Under the pieces are notes generated by a model that saw nothing but the letters and a program-made list of their open reading frames with translations, was not told where the DNA came from and did not search any database. Shown in pieces: positions 19,394-29,053 of a DNA stretch of 64,000 nt. Within the stretch, counting starts at the first letter, position 1. Each line of letters begins with the position of its first letter. The position numbers and the translations under genes were made by a program. The stretch is taken from assembly GCA_002323325.1 (NCBI GenBank), contig DCQA01000017.1:8964-72963 (forward strand), in the 5' to 3' direction. This stretch comes from Coxiellaceae bacterium UBA1530 (GTDB taxonomy: Bacteria; Pseudomonadota; Gammaproteobacteria; Coxiellales; Coxiellaceae).

Positions 19394-19894
19394 TTAGCTT
19401 GGTGTGAACGGACCGATAATACATGATCCGTCATCACCTGTTGTAACCGTATACGTTCCCTTCAGTTTCCCACTATCCTGTTGCATAGCTTTTGCGATAT
19501 CAGATGTGATTTCGAGGGAGCAAGCCGGGTCTGCATCAGCCTGTTTTTTGTACAATTCAAGTATACCTGTTGATTCAGTGCAGTCTGCACTATCCGGAAC
19601 GTCCCAAGAGCCTGAAGCTGATTGACCTGCAATTGCAACGTCCCATGACGGATAAGTACTCGTAGGTCCCGCACAATTTGTACCGTTCTGCGCTAAAGCG
19701 ATGTATAGATTTTTTGTACTTTCATCTGTGGTCGTATTCATAACTTGAAACACTAGGCATGGACCACTTCCAGAATTATTAGTGCAGGTACTAGACCCCA
19801 GTATCATCGGTCCGGCATGTGTAATCGACTGTAATGCAAACCATACAACTCCTGTGGTTGCAGCAATAACATAATGCCTATTGAATATCGTCAT
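19394..19894 (-). CDS. secreted cysteine-rich hypothetical protein
   Basis: 166 aa. Signal-peptide-like N-terminus (VIAATTGVVWFALQSITHAGP). Seven Cys spread through a Thr/Ser/Gly-rich mature part. Confidence 0.6.
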   Translation of the reverse strand: MTIFNRHYVIAATTGVVWFALQSITHAGPMILGSSTCTNNSGSGPCLVFQVMNTTTDESTKNLYIALAQNGTNCAGPTSTYPSWDVAIAGQSASGSWDVPDSADCTESTGILELYKKQADADPACSLEITSDIAKAMQQDSGKLKGTYTVTTGDDGSCIIGPFTPS

Positions 19895-20096
19895 TGTATC
19901 TCCCCTTCATTATCTTTTCTCCACATGGCACTCAACGAAATTTCTAACAAGCTTCCATTGAGACACCTATCTAACGTTATTATAGACAATTGATCGAGCA
20001 CTTTCCTGCTCTAAAAAAAACACTAACCTATTCATACTATGAATATAATAGGAAAATATTTTTACACAGAACCTAATAGGCTCACTGTGATACTAA

Positions 20097-21380
20097 TCAT
20101 CCGAATATGCTCTGTTTCATATGAGACGCTCGAGTGAGCTTGGCTATCGTAAAGATTGCCACTCCAATAGATAAGATAATAAATATCTCCGGCACTAGTA
20201 ATGGCTGATGCGTAATGCTCACAAGGTCATTGAGCAGCAATGGGAATAACGATGCAATGAAAACAGTGAAATTATTGTAACACGCGATTAAAGAAACACG
20301 TGATTTCACTGATGAGTATTCACATAACGTGCAAACGACAAATTTATTATAAACACTGGCTGTACAGGATAATAACACCATAGCCACTACCAGTATAAAC
20401 AAAAAGCCACTAGACGACATAAATAACAAGAAAGCTCCTAATACTAAGGTGATCGATAGAATAATGAGTATAGGTATAACTCTTTGAGGTTGTTTCATAT
20501 AACTCGCGAGTATAAAGATCGTTGTCATGACCACTGAATAGCTTATGGTTGAGCACAAAAATAAACTGCGTAAAGGGATATGAAAATTTGCATGAAAATA
20601 CAAGTTCCCCATACTCAAAAACTTTACCATACCCTCAAGGATAATTATTGTAATCACAAAACCCAAAAACTGTTGGTAAAAAGTCTTCAATGTTGATAGG
20701 TAGCTGAAGGAGTATTTTTTTTCACGAGATGATAAAAAAACTGGAGTCTCTGATGCACACACGCGTATCGCAAATAGTATCATCCCTGACACACCCGCCA
20801 ACATATAAGGGAGACGCCAGGCAAAGTCAACTATAACCTTATGGTGATACAATAACGTCAATACATATCCGACCGCAACTCCAATGAGTCCTCCTAACTG
20901 CGAGAAAAAAGATGAACGTAATAGCTGTGAGAACTGCATACCTGGTGTTGCATGTTCATAGATAAACACCATACCTCCAGGATATTCGATACCCAAAGCG
21001 ACACCCTGTAATAAACGTATAGTCACAAATAGCGCTGATAACCAGCGGGAATCGATATGATGGATCGGTAGACAGGCCAACAATGACGTGCTCAATGTCA
21101 TCAACAATGAGCTCATCACAAAAGTCGATTTACGACCGAAGGTGTCCGCCATCCTTGAGAAGATACAACCTCCTAGGATACGACCAACATAGCCAAGCCA
21201 ATAGATGAAGAGAATGAGCAGAGAACTAATTGACGAGCTTAGGTGTGGAAAAAAAATGGTGTATAGATAAGCGCTTAAAACTGTATATAAACCAAAATCG
21301 TACCATTCGATAATCACCGCAAGATTGGCAAAGCGTGTACTTTTTTTGCCTAAAACATCGCTCGATGGTAAAGCCTTCAT
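20097..21380 (-). CDS. MFS transporter, metabolite:H+ symporter (MHS/ProP-like) type
   Basis: 427 aa, about 12 TM segments. IIEWYDFGLYTVLSAYL and GRILGGCIFSRMADTFGRKST motifs. Confidence 0.8.
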   Translation of the reverse strand: MKALPSSDVLGKKSTRFANLAVIIEWYDFGLYTVLSAYLYTIFFPHLSSSISSLLILFIYWLGYVGRILGGCIFSRMADTFGRKSTFVMSSLLMTLSTSLLACLPIHHIDSRWLSALFVTIRLLQGVALGIEYPGGMVFIYEHATPGMQFSQLLRSSFFSQLGGLIGVAVGYVLTLLYHHKVIVDFAWRLPYMLAGVSGMILFAIRVCASETPVFLSSREKKYSFSYLSTLKTFYQQFLGFVITIIILEGMVKFLSMGNLYFHANFHIPLRSLFLCSTISYSVVMTTIFILASYMKQPQRVIPILIILSITLVLGAFLLFMSSSGFLFILVVAMVLLSCTASVYNKFVVCTLCEYSSVKSRVSLIACYNNFTVFIASLFPLLLNDLVSITHQPLLVPEIFIILSIGVAIFTIAKLTRASHMKQSIFG

Positions 21381-21470
21381 GATGTGCTCAATGAGTATTA
21401 AATTGAAAACTGACTATATCAAAAAAAAGCACACAGCATCACCCGAAATAAGCCATCTCAAGAAAGAGAC

Positions 21471-22877
21471 TTATCGGCGTGATTTCTTAGCATCAATCGA
21501 GCCACTTGGTGAGCTGTCAGATTGTAGAGACGAATCGTTATTTTCGCAACTCGCTGGACGCTTAGTACCCGTCGTGAAAATAGTTGCCGTGGAGGATGAA
21601 GATTGCGGTGCTACCTGAGTCATTGACGGAAAGAGCAATCGGTCCATATAGCGTGAGAACTCCTCTAACTCCTCTTGTATCATTGACTGTGCATCAGAAA
21701 GTAGCAAACCCAACGTTTTTGAGTCAGGACTTGAGCTATGATCTTTTAACAGTCTTTGCATTGCTGTGAGGGAAGCAATACACCTTTGGTAGTTGTCACG
21801 CACCTTCAAAAAACACTGTTGATAATGAGGGATTAATGACTGAGATGATAGATCCTTACAGGCTAGAATTAGCTGTGCCGATGCACCAAAAAGAGCTTGT
21901 CGCTTTTGAATAAAATCGTTCATAAAAAAATAAGTCGAATGATTAATAATAGATGAAAGCGCCCGGTTGCGATGAACATAAGATTTTCGGTATAACGCAG
22001 TTGCGTATAGTAGCTTTACGCATGCAATTGAACCGTAATCATAATGCATCTCTTCCGCTTTCATGTCACCCATCAATCGTGATAAACCTTTTTTGTTTAG
22101 CGTCATCTGAAGACCGACCCACAAAGATCCGTAGATCTCGGTACCACACAATCGATCGACCCGATCATTCATGGAGCAAAACATACCTAAGTCAATAATC
22201 TTTAATTCACCATCTTTCATCAAAACGAGATTCTCTGGCTTAATATCTCGATGACAATTCCTTGAATCCGATAGAGACACAAAGGCTGAATTTAGAAGAT
22301 TAAATAGCCGAACAACAAACTGTGTAGTCAATACACTAAACTTATCATTCGATTCAAAAAGACTCATTAAATCGAATTCCCCTTTTTCATCAAAAGAGAT
22401 TAGGGCTTGATCAGAGCCATTCTCAACATACCGCTTTGCTGGAATAAAAAATTTGGGATCCACTTTTTTCCCAGCTTCAAACTCTATCTTAAGAGATGGA
22501 ATGTCCCCCTTTTTGACAACAGCAGAGGTATTCAGGTCATTACAAAACCAGCCAACGACTTTTCCTGAAATTCCACCACCAAGAGACTCATAAGCAATAT
22601 CTGCATGCGTACTCGAGGGTGTCTTTGAATCAATATCAGGCATTATTGCGGGACCACTGACTGTCACGATTTCGGCGTCACAGACTCTATTAAAATTTTC
22701 TGAAAAAACCAGTCGCGCTAACTCTTCTTGAGAAAGCTCTCTTGGTGGAGGTGTTGATGGACACGAGAGAGGCTGATCAGTTTCTCGAGATTCAACTGAA
22801 AGCCTATCGGCAGACTCAGATGGATTGACTACAGATTCCTTTATAGCAGTATCGGGGTTGGAGGTGTGGCTAGGCAT
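21471..22877 (-). CDS. eukaryotic-like Ser/Thr protein kinase (candidate effector)
   Basis: 468 aa. Gly-rich loop LGGGISGKVV, AVVKK lysine, catalytic loop CHRDIKPENLVL, Mg-binding IIDLGMF. Pro/Ser-rich N-terminus. Non-kinase helical C-terminal half. Confidence 0.85.
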   Translation of the reverse strand: MPSHTSNPDTAIKESVVNPSESADRLSVESRETDQPLSCPSTPPPRELSQEELARLVFSENFNRVCDAEIVTVSGPAIMPDIDSKTPSSTHADIAYESLGGGISGKVVGWFCNDLNTSAVVKKGDIPSLKIEFEAGKKVDPKFFIPAKRYVENGSDQALISFDEKGEFDLMSLFESNDKFSVLTTQFVVRLFNLLNSAFVSLSDSRNCHRDIKPENLVLMKDGELKIIDLGMFCSMNDRVDRLCGTEIYGSLWVGLQMTLNKKGLSRLMGDMKAEEMHYDYGSIACVKLLYATALYRKSYVHRNRALSSIINHSTYFFMNDFIQKRQALFGASAQLILACKDLSSQSLIPHYQQCFLKVRDNYQRCIASLTAMQRLLKDHSSSPDSKTLGLLLSDAQSMIQEELEEFSRYMDRLLFPSMTQVAPQSSSSTATIFTTGTKRPASCENNDSSLQSDSSPSGSIDAKKSRR

Positions 22878-22909
22878 GTTTTAATCATTCATTCATCGTA
22901 TAAATGATT

Positions 22910-22941
22910 ATTTTACATGATTAATATTAATGTATTATTAA
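22910..22941 (-). promoter_or_regulatory. PmrA-type tandem TTAAT box plus -10 upstream of the kinase gene
   Basis: Coding strand 22941->22910 reads TTAATAATACATTAAT-ATTAATCATG-TAAAAT. The pentamers start 11 nt apart, and 32 nt separate the -10 from the ATG at 22877. Confidence 0.5.
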
Positions 22942-23064
22942 ATTTAAAAAGTAAAAAAAGTATTAAATACATGTAATTGGGTATTTTATGAGACCTAATA
23001 CATGATCAAAATAATATAGGCCTGCACTAGTGCGCGAGCGATGGCAACTCTGAAGGTATGATGA

Positions 23065-23778
23065 CTAAGTAGGTTGAGCTACAACCATACTCAATGCTGT
23101 CAACTGAGCAAGAGGATCCAGCGATTGAGTGATCGGACGGCCAATCACTAAATAATCCGCACCATTGCTCAGGGCTTGTTGTGGTGTTTGAATGCGATGC
23201 TGGTCATCAGAATCCGATGGCAACAAACGAATCCCTGGCGTTACCAGAGTAAAAGATTCTGAACATTGTTGGCGTAATCGCTGAGCTTCTTGCGCTGAAC
23301 ACACCACGCCGTCTAAACCCGCCTGCTCTGCCATCTTCGCATAGTGACACACTAGCTCATCGACCGATGCTTCGAACTTTAATGCATGAAGGTCTTGAGC
23401 TCTTAAACTAGTTAATAAGGTGACGCCAACCAGTAAGGGGCGTTGTGAGGATGCAGCACGGTTGACTCCCTCCACTGCTGCGTGAAGCATCGCCTCCCCC
23501 CCCTGACAATGCACATTTAACATCCAGACTCCCAACTCAGCAGCAGCCTGACAAGCCTGCCTCACCGTATGAGGGATATCATGAAACTTAAGATCTAGAA
23601 AAATCTCAAAGCCTAAACTCATTAACTGCTCAATCAAATGAGCGCCATAACGAACAAATAAATATTTGCCAACTTTGAGTCGACATTGCGATGGCGATAA
23701 TTGCCGTACAAAGGACATTACTTGGCTATCGGTGTCCTGATCCAAGGCAATGATAATTGGCAACCTCGCTAGACTCAT
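23065..23778 (-). CDS. pyrF: orotidine 5'-phosphate decarboxylase
   Basis: 237 aa. IIALDQD, LDLKFHDIP and a C-terminal GADYLVIGRPI motif. Confidence 0.95.
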   Translation of the reverse strand: MSLARLPIIIALDQDTDSQVMSFVRQLSPSQCRLKVGKYLFVRYGAHLIEQLMSLGFEIFLDLKFHDIPHTVRQACQAAAELGVWMLNVHCQGGEAMLHAAVEGVNRAASSQRPLLVGVTLLTSLRAQDLHALKFEASVDELVCHYAKMAEQAGLDGVVCSAQEAQRLRQQCSESFTLVTPGIRLLPSDSDDQHRIQTPQQALSNGADYLVIGRPITQSLDPLAQLTALSMVVAQPT

Positions 23779-24959
23779 AACACTGGTTTCCTTGCCAATA
23801 CATCGATTGATCGAATAGGTTTAGTGCTTGACCAGGTTTGACAGCTTGGACATAACCAATACAAGGTTTTTCCAGAGAAACCACATTGTAAGCACCGGTA
23901 AGTCGACTGGCCCGACATCATAGAATCTAAGTGACGCTCTAACTTAAGCCATTTTTGAGTATCTGGTACTGAGGCACTGTCAGCATAGCACTGAATTAGA
24001 GGGGGCAGTGCCCATAAGGAACCATGACTTGCCATATAATTCTCGAGAAAATCAATCGCAGTTTGTATACCATGCTGACGATGATGCTGTTTCGCTAGAT
24101 AACTCGCAACATCAACAAATGGCGTCTCGGAAAAGACGCGTTCGAGATACTGAAAAAATTCATCGCCGCGTCCACATTGAGCATATGACTCCGCCATGTC
24201 ATCGAGAATTTCTGACACATAGTTAGGATCTTCGTCCATGACCCTCTGGTATGCGTTTATACACGATGAAAAATCTTTCTCTAAAAAGGCTGCTCTGGCT
24301 TCCAATAAGTATGCGCGAACACAGTGTCGATCGATACTTTGTGCTTTTTGAAGATACTGCTTGGCTTCCTGGAACATATGCTTACGAGTCATATCATCGG
24401 AAAGTTCGCAGTAATAATGTGCGATATGCAACCGGTAAGAGGTACCAGAAAATACCGCCAAGCGTTGCGCTATCTTAATTGCCTTATTCCATTCTTTCTC
24501 TAAATGATAGATCTGTAGCAGCAAAGTGAGACTCTGCCCGTCTTGTTTATCTTGTTCAGACAACTCCAGAAAAATCTTTTCTGCGCGGTCTAAAACACCG
24601 GCACTTAAATAATCTTCACCTAGCGCTAATAAAGCTTGATGGCGATGATGCTGATCCAGCTGTGGTCTTGCAATCAAATTCTGATGAATCTTAATAGCAC
24701 GATCCACTTCACCACGACGACGAAATAATCCAGCTAACGCAAGATGCGTCTCAACGGTGTCACTATCGATTTCCATCAGTTTAATAAAAACATCCACGGC
24801 CTTATCAGGCTGCTCGTTAATGAGGAAATTTAAGCCCCGAAAATAATCCCGTTGAAACCTGACAGGAAATCCTAAGCGTTCATGTAAATTTGAACGACGA
24901 CCAAACAGCCAAGCACCTAATGCGACTAATGGGAAAAAAACATATGCGAAAAAAGTCAT
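23775..24959 (-). CDS. lapB: lipopolysaccharide assembly protein B (YciM)
   Basis: 394 aa. N-terminal TM helix, TPR repeats, C-terminal rubredoxin-like CLQCGF...WLCPSCQTW. lapA-lapB-pyrF order. Confidence 0.92.
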   Translation of the reverse strand: MTFFAYVFFPLVALGAWLFGRRSNLHERLGFPVRFQRDYFRGLNFLINEQPDKAVDVFIKLMEIDSDTVETHLALAGLFRRRGEVDRAIKIHQNLIARPQLDQHHRHQALLALGEDYLSAGVLDRAEKIFLELSEQDKQDGQSLTLLLQIYHLEKEWNKAIKIAQRLAVFSGTSYRLHIAHYYCELSDDMTRKHMFQEAKQYLQKAQSIDRHCVRAYLLEARAAFLEKDFSSCINAYQRVMDEDPNYVSEILDDMAESYAQCGRGDEFFQYLERVFSETPFVDVASYLAKQHHRQHGIQTAIDFLENYMASHGSLWALPPLIQCYADSASVPDTQKWLKLERHLDSMMSGQSTYRCLQCGFSGKTLYWLCPSCQTWSSTKPIRSIDVLARKPVL

Positions 24960-24962
24960 TGA

Positions 24963-25250
24963 TTAGCTATCCGTAAGTGGCAGTTTTCTTAAGTTGTCTA
25001 ACTCTTTTTGGGACTGCTTAAGCTCACCTTTTAACTTCATCATTTTTGACTTAGCGCGAATAAACCAGGGTACCACAGCACATAGCCCCAACATGGCGCC
25101 TGCGAATAAGATCATGCACAATAATAACGGGAGAAATATTTTGAATGAACCGGATGGATAGTGCAGAGTCACCGAAAATGCATTCATTGTGGTAAATAGA
25201 ATCATTAAAGTAGCAACCATCAACCAGAATAACGTCACGATATATTTCAT
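24963..25250 (-). CDS. lapA: lipopolysaccharide assembly protein A (YciS-like)
   Basis: 95 aa. Two TM helices and a basic coiled tail. Lies immediately upstream of lapB. Confidence 0.75.
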   Translation of the reverse strand: MKYIVTLFWLMVATLMILFTTMNAFSVTLHYPSGSFKIFLPLLLCMILFAGAMLGLCAVVPWFIRAKSKMMKLKGELKQSQKELDNLRKLPLTDS

Positions 25251-25287
25251 CGGCTTTCCCTACACTTTTTACAAACATTTTATCGCT

Positions 25288-25328
25288 ATCAAACAAAACC
25301 CAGTAACAGCATGAGCCATTACTGGGTT
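25288..25328 (-). terminator. rho-independent terminator downstream of rpsA
   Basis: Perfect 10-bp stem (25297-25306 aacccagtaa / 25319-25328 ttactgggtt) with a 12-nt loop. On the minus strand it is followed by TTGTTTG. It sits 64 nt after the rpsA stop. Confidence 0.7.
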
Positions 25329-25391
25329 CATTTTACCGACTAGCTTAACAGATTCAAGCAGCGGCATTGATTCAGCAAACAAAGAAAGCTA

Positions 25392-27068
25392 TTAACTGTC
25401 TTTATTGTTCATCTGCTCTTTCAATAGATCACCTAGTGTCGTTTTGGTAGGAACGACAGGTTTTTGAGGAGCAGAAGAACCGCCAGAAGTTTTTCCTTCT
25501 AACAGTGCTTTCCTTGAGACAACCAACTGGTGAGCCTTTTTATCGATGAACATGAGCTTTACATCCACTTCTTCACCCACCGTTAATACGTCAGACAGAC
25601 TGTCTGTATGCTCAATGCTGTAATCAGCAATACGCATAACAGCATCCATATCGTCATTCAGTGAAAAAACAGCATGTTTTTCATGGATTTCTTTTACTTT
25701 AGCCGTTATCACAGCACCTTCACCCTGAGCAGTTAAATACTCTGCTAATGGATCTGTTTCTAACTGCTTAACACCCAATGAAATACGCTCGCGCTCTGCA
25801 TCAATTGACAGAATAACTGCTTCGATTTCCTGTCCTTTATTCAACGTACGAACAACGTCTTCACCCGACTCAGACCATGATAGATCCGACAAGTGAATCA
25901 AACCGTCAATGTCTCCGTTTAAACCAATAAATACACCAAAATCAGTCATGGATCGGATATGCCCACTAACCTTGTCACCTTCTTGGAACTTATCGGCAAA
26001 TTCTTGCCAAGGGTTTTGTTTACACTGCTTGATACCGAGTGAGATACGACGACGATCAGAGTCGACCTCTAGAACCATGACTTCGATCTCGTCACCAGGC
26101 TGTACCACTTTGCTAGGATGAATATTTTTGTTAGTCCAATCGAGCTCAGACATATGCACAAGACCTTCAACGCCTTCTTCCAGCTCGACGAAACAACCAT
26201 AATCAGCGATGTTTGTCACCTTACCAAAAACACGGCTGTTTGTTTGATAACGACGGGCGATATTCAACCATGGATCGTCGCCTAGTTGCTTCAAACCTAA
26301 CGAGACACGATTTTTCTCACGGTCGAATTTTAGAATCTTAACCTTCAATTCCTGACCAACAGAAATCATCTCACTTGGGTGTTTCACACGTTTCCAAGCA
26401 ATATCCGTGATGTGTAAAAGACCATCAACACCGCCTAAATCGACAAATGCACCGTAATCAGTGATATTTTTAACAACACCCATGACTTCTTGACCTTCCT
26501 GAAGCTGTTCTAAGCGGGCGCTTCGCTCAGCGCTCGTTTCAGCCTCCATCACAGCACGACGCGATACCACGATATTGTTACGCTTCTGATCCATCTTGAT
26601 CACTTTGAACTCTAGCTCTTTGCCTTCAAGGTAAGCTAAATCTCTGACAGGTTTCACATCCACCAGCGATCCTGGTAAGAATGCCTTAATAGTTTTCACA
26701 TCAACGGTGAAACCACCTTTAACACGCTCTATGATAGTCCCCATGACGATTTCGCCATCTTCGTGAACTTTCTCTAGCTCCGCCCAGACTCTGGCACGAA
26801 CAGCTTTTTCGTAAGAGAGACGTGTATCCCCGAACCCATTCTCTACATTGACGATGACCACTTCAATATCATCACCTACCTGAGGTAATTCACGGCCACG
26901 AAATTCATCGGAGGAAATTACAGCGTCGGATTTTAATCCTGCATTAACAGTAATACGATCTGGTCGAACATCGACGATGGTCGCTTTGACCAGTGTTCCT
27001 GGTCTCATATCTAACGAGGATACGCTTTGTTCGAATAAATCAGAAAAATTTTCAATCATTGTTGTCAT
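25392..27068 (-). CDS. rpsA: 30S ribosomal protein S1
   Basis: Six S1 repeats. N-terminus [15 protein letters not shown] aligns with the enterobacterial S1 start. The ORF extends to 27101, but M12 (27068) is the likely start. Confidence 0.97.
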   Translation of the reverse strand: MTTMIENFSDLFEQSVSSLDMRPGTLVKATIVDVRPDRITVNAGLKSDAVISSDEFRGRELPQVGDDIEVVIVNVENGFGDTRLSYEKAVRARVWAELEKVHEDGEIVMGTIIERVKGGFTVDVKTIKAFLPGSLVDVKPVRDLAYLEGKELEFKVIKMDQKRNNIVVSRRAVMEAETSAERSARLEQLQEGQEVMGVVKNITDYGAFVDLGGVDGLLHITDIAWKRVKHPSEMISVGQELKVKILKFDREKNRVSLGLKQLGDDPWLNIARRYQTNSRVFGKVTNIADYGCFVELEEGVEGLVHMSELDWTNKNIHPSKVVQPGDEIEVMVLEVDSDRRRISLGIKQCKQNPWQEFADKFQEGDKVSGHIRSMTDFGVFIGLNGDIDGLIHLSDLSWSESGEDVVRTLNKGQEIEAVILSIDAERERISLGVKQLETDPLAEYLTAQGEGAVITAKVKEIHEKHAVFSLNDDMDAVMRIADYSIEHTDSLSDVLTVGEEVDVKLMFIDKKAHQLVVSRKALLEGKTSGGSSAPQKPVVPTKTTLGDLLKEQMNNKDS

Positions 27069-27187
27069 AAATAGTCCATGCTTGTCACTACAGGTTTGCA
27101 ATTCACCTGATACGCAAGCGGTTGATCATGCAAAAATGCATGAATGTTATTTGCATAACTACCGCGATATGCGGTAGTCCCCTAATT

Positions 27188-27871
27188 TCAAGATTCGTTG
27201 ATTTCACAATGAACATGCTGCATCAGCTGATCAAAAACCTGATCAATGCTTAAATCGACTGTACTCACACGTATCACATCATCGGCAGGCACAGCAGGGG
27301 CAATATCCCGTGATTGATCACGCTCATCACGACGCATCAGCTCTTCTTGAACATCGCGCAGGCTAACACTTATCCCCTTGGCTTTCAACTGAACTTGGCG
27401 ACGTTGTGCTCGAGTCGCAGTGTCTGCCTCTAGGTAGAACTTCAAGACGGCATCAGGGAACACCACTGTCCCCATATCACGACCATCTGCAACCAAGCCG
27501 GGAGGTTTTCTAAAACCTCTATTCAAACTTAAAATAAAATCTCTAACCGATTGTATTTTTGCAGATTTAGAGGCCATGGAACTCACAGACTCAGAGCGTA
27601 TTTCATGAGTAATATCACGACCATCACACGTTAACTGAAAATGACCATCTTTGGGTGACGAATACATCACCACATCGAGAGAGCTTAGTAATGTTGCGAG
27701 AGCGTTATTATCTTGATAATCCACTTGATAGTGTAAAACAGACCAGCCGACTGCACGAAAAAGTGCTCCACTATCCAAGTAATGCCAACCCAGCGCTTTT
27801 GCTAACATTTGAGAGTATGTTCCTTTACCACTCCCACTCAACCCGTCTAAAGTTATTACTGGAATCACCAT
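27188..27871 (-). CDS. cmk: cytidylate kinase
   Basis: P-loop DGLSGSGKGT. cmk-rpsA synteny. The ORF extends to 27898; the likely start is MVIPVITLDG at 27871. Confidence 0.93.
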   Translation of the reverse strand: MVIPVITLDGLSGSGKGTYSQMLAKALGWHYLDSGALFRAVGWSVLHYQVDYQDNNALATLLSSLDVVMYSSPKDGHFQLTCDGRDITHEIRSESVSSMASKSAKIQSVRDFILSLNRGFRKPPGLVADGRDMGTVVFPDAVLKFYLEADTATRAQRRQVQLKAKGISVSLRDVQEELMRRDERDQSRDIAPAVPADDVIRVSTVDLSIDQVFDQLMQHVHCEINES

Positions 27872-27979
27872 AATTTCTCCTGTTACACAATAACCCATGA
27901 TACTGACAGAGACAATGAATCAGTATGAAACCGTTATTTATCATGTAAATATAATGAATTTATAACCTAATAAATGAGA

Positions 27980-29053
27980 TCATGCTTGCTTTTCAAATGC
28001 TTTCATAAAGGCAATCAACGACTGCACTCCTGGTACAGTCATACTGTTATACAAGCTAGCTCGACAGCCACCAACAGCTTTGTGACCCTTTAAATGGGTT
28101 AATCCGACCGCTTCTGCTTGCTTGAGAAATGCATCTTGAAGCGCCTCATCGGCCAATAAAAAAGGCACGTTCATGCGTGAACGCGATACCTCTTCCACAG
28201 GAGCATGATAAAAACTCGAAGAGTCAATGAAGTCATACAACAACTGAGACCGTTCAACGGCTAGCTCGTTCATTGCAGACAAACCACCCTGTGCTTTAAC
28301 CCATTTCAATACCAAACCCATCACATACCAACTAAACGTCGCCGGTGTATTGGGTGTAGATGATTTTGCTAGCACCTCACGATAGGCATACAGTGGCGGT
28401 GTAAAAGGTAGCACTTCTCGCGCTAACAATTCCTCTGAAACAATAGCAACTGTTACTCCAGCAATCCCTAAATTCTTCTGCGCACAGGCAAAAACCATCC
28501 CATAATCTGTCAAATCAACAGGCCGAGATAAAAAGTTGGATGACATATCTGAAATCAATGGAATATCTCCGACACTAGGAGGATGGTTAAACTCAATCCC
28601 ATTAACGGTTTCATTATCAACCATGTAAACGTAAGACGCATCATCGGGAATATTCCAACCAGATTCAGGCATAGTCACTGAGCCTGATTGATCAATCAGG
28701 CACGGATTGACGTATTGCCGAGCAGCCTTAACCGCTAGTCGCCCCCAGTGACCTGTTTGTATGTAAGCCGGTGCAGCATTGTTATGATTACAAAAATTCA
28801 TAGGAATCATTGAAAATTGCGCTTGCGCGCCACCATGCATGAGGATAATGCGATAGTCTGGGGGTAGATCTAACAATGAAGAAAGATCTCTTTCAATCTC
28901 TTCTTGCACTGAGCCAAATAACTGGCCTCGATGAGAAACTTCCATGATAGACATACCACTACCTTGAAAGTCCAACAACTCGTTCTGCATCTGACTAAGG
29001 ACTGGCTCAGGTAACATGGCTGGGCCAGCTGAAAAATTAATTGCACGATTCAC
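27980..29053 (-). CDS. serC: phosphoserine aminotransferase
   Basis: 357 aa. N-terminal NFSAGPAMLP. Class-V aminotransferase pattern with a PLP lysine region (CAQKNLG). gyrA-serC synteny. Confidence 0.95.
   Translation of the reverse strand: MNRAINFSAGPAMLPEPVLSQMQNELLDFQGSGMSIMEVSHRGQLFGSVQEEIERDLSSLLDLPPDYRIILMHGGAQAQFSMIPMNFCNHNNAAPAYIQTGHWGRLAVKAARQYVNPCLIDQSGSVTMPESGWNIPDDASYVYMVDNETVNGIEFNHPPSVGDIPLISDMSSNFLSRPVDLTDYGMVFACAQKNLGIAGVTVAIVSEELLAREVLPFTPPLYAYREVLAKSSTPNTPATFSWYVMGLVLKWVKAQGGLSAMNELAVERSQLLYDFIDSSSFYHAPVEEVSRSRMNVPFLLADEALQDAFLKQAEAVGLTHLKGHKAVGGCRASLYNSMTVPGVQSLIAFMKAFEKQA

Noticed and set aside
25251-27979. Absence of ihfB after rpsA and of aroA/pheA between serC and cmk, which might hint at aromatic amino acid auxotrophy when paired with the HAAAP permease.
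   Set aside because: Gene order varies among gammaproteobacteria, and the genes may simply lie elsewhere. This cannot be judged from one window.
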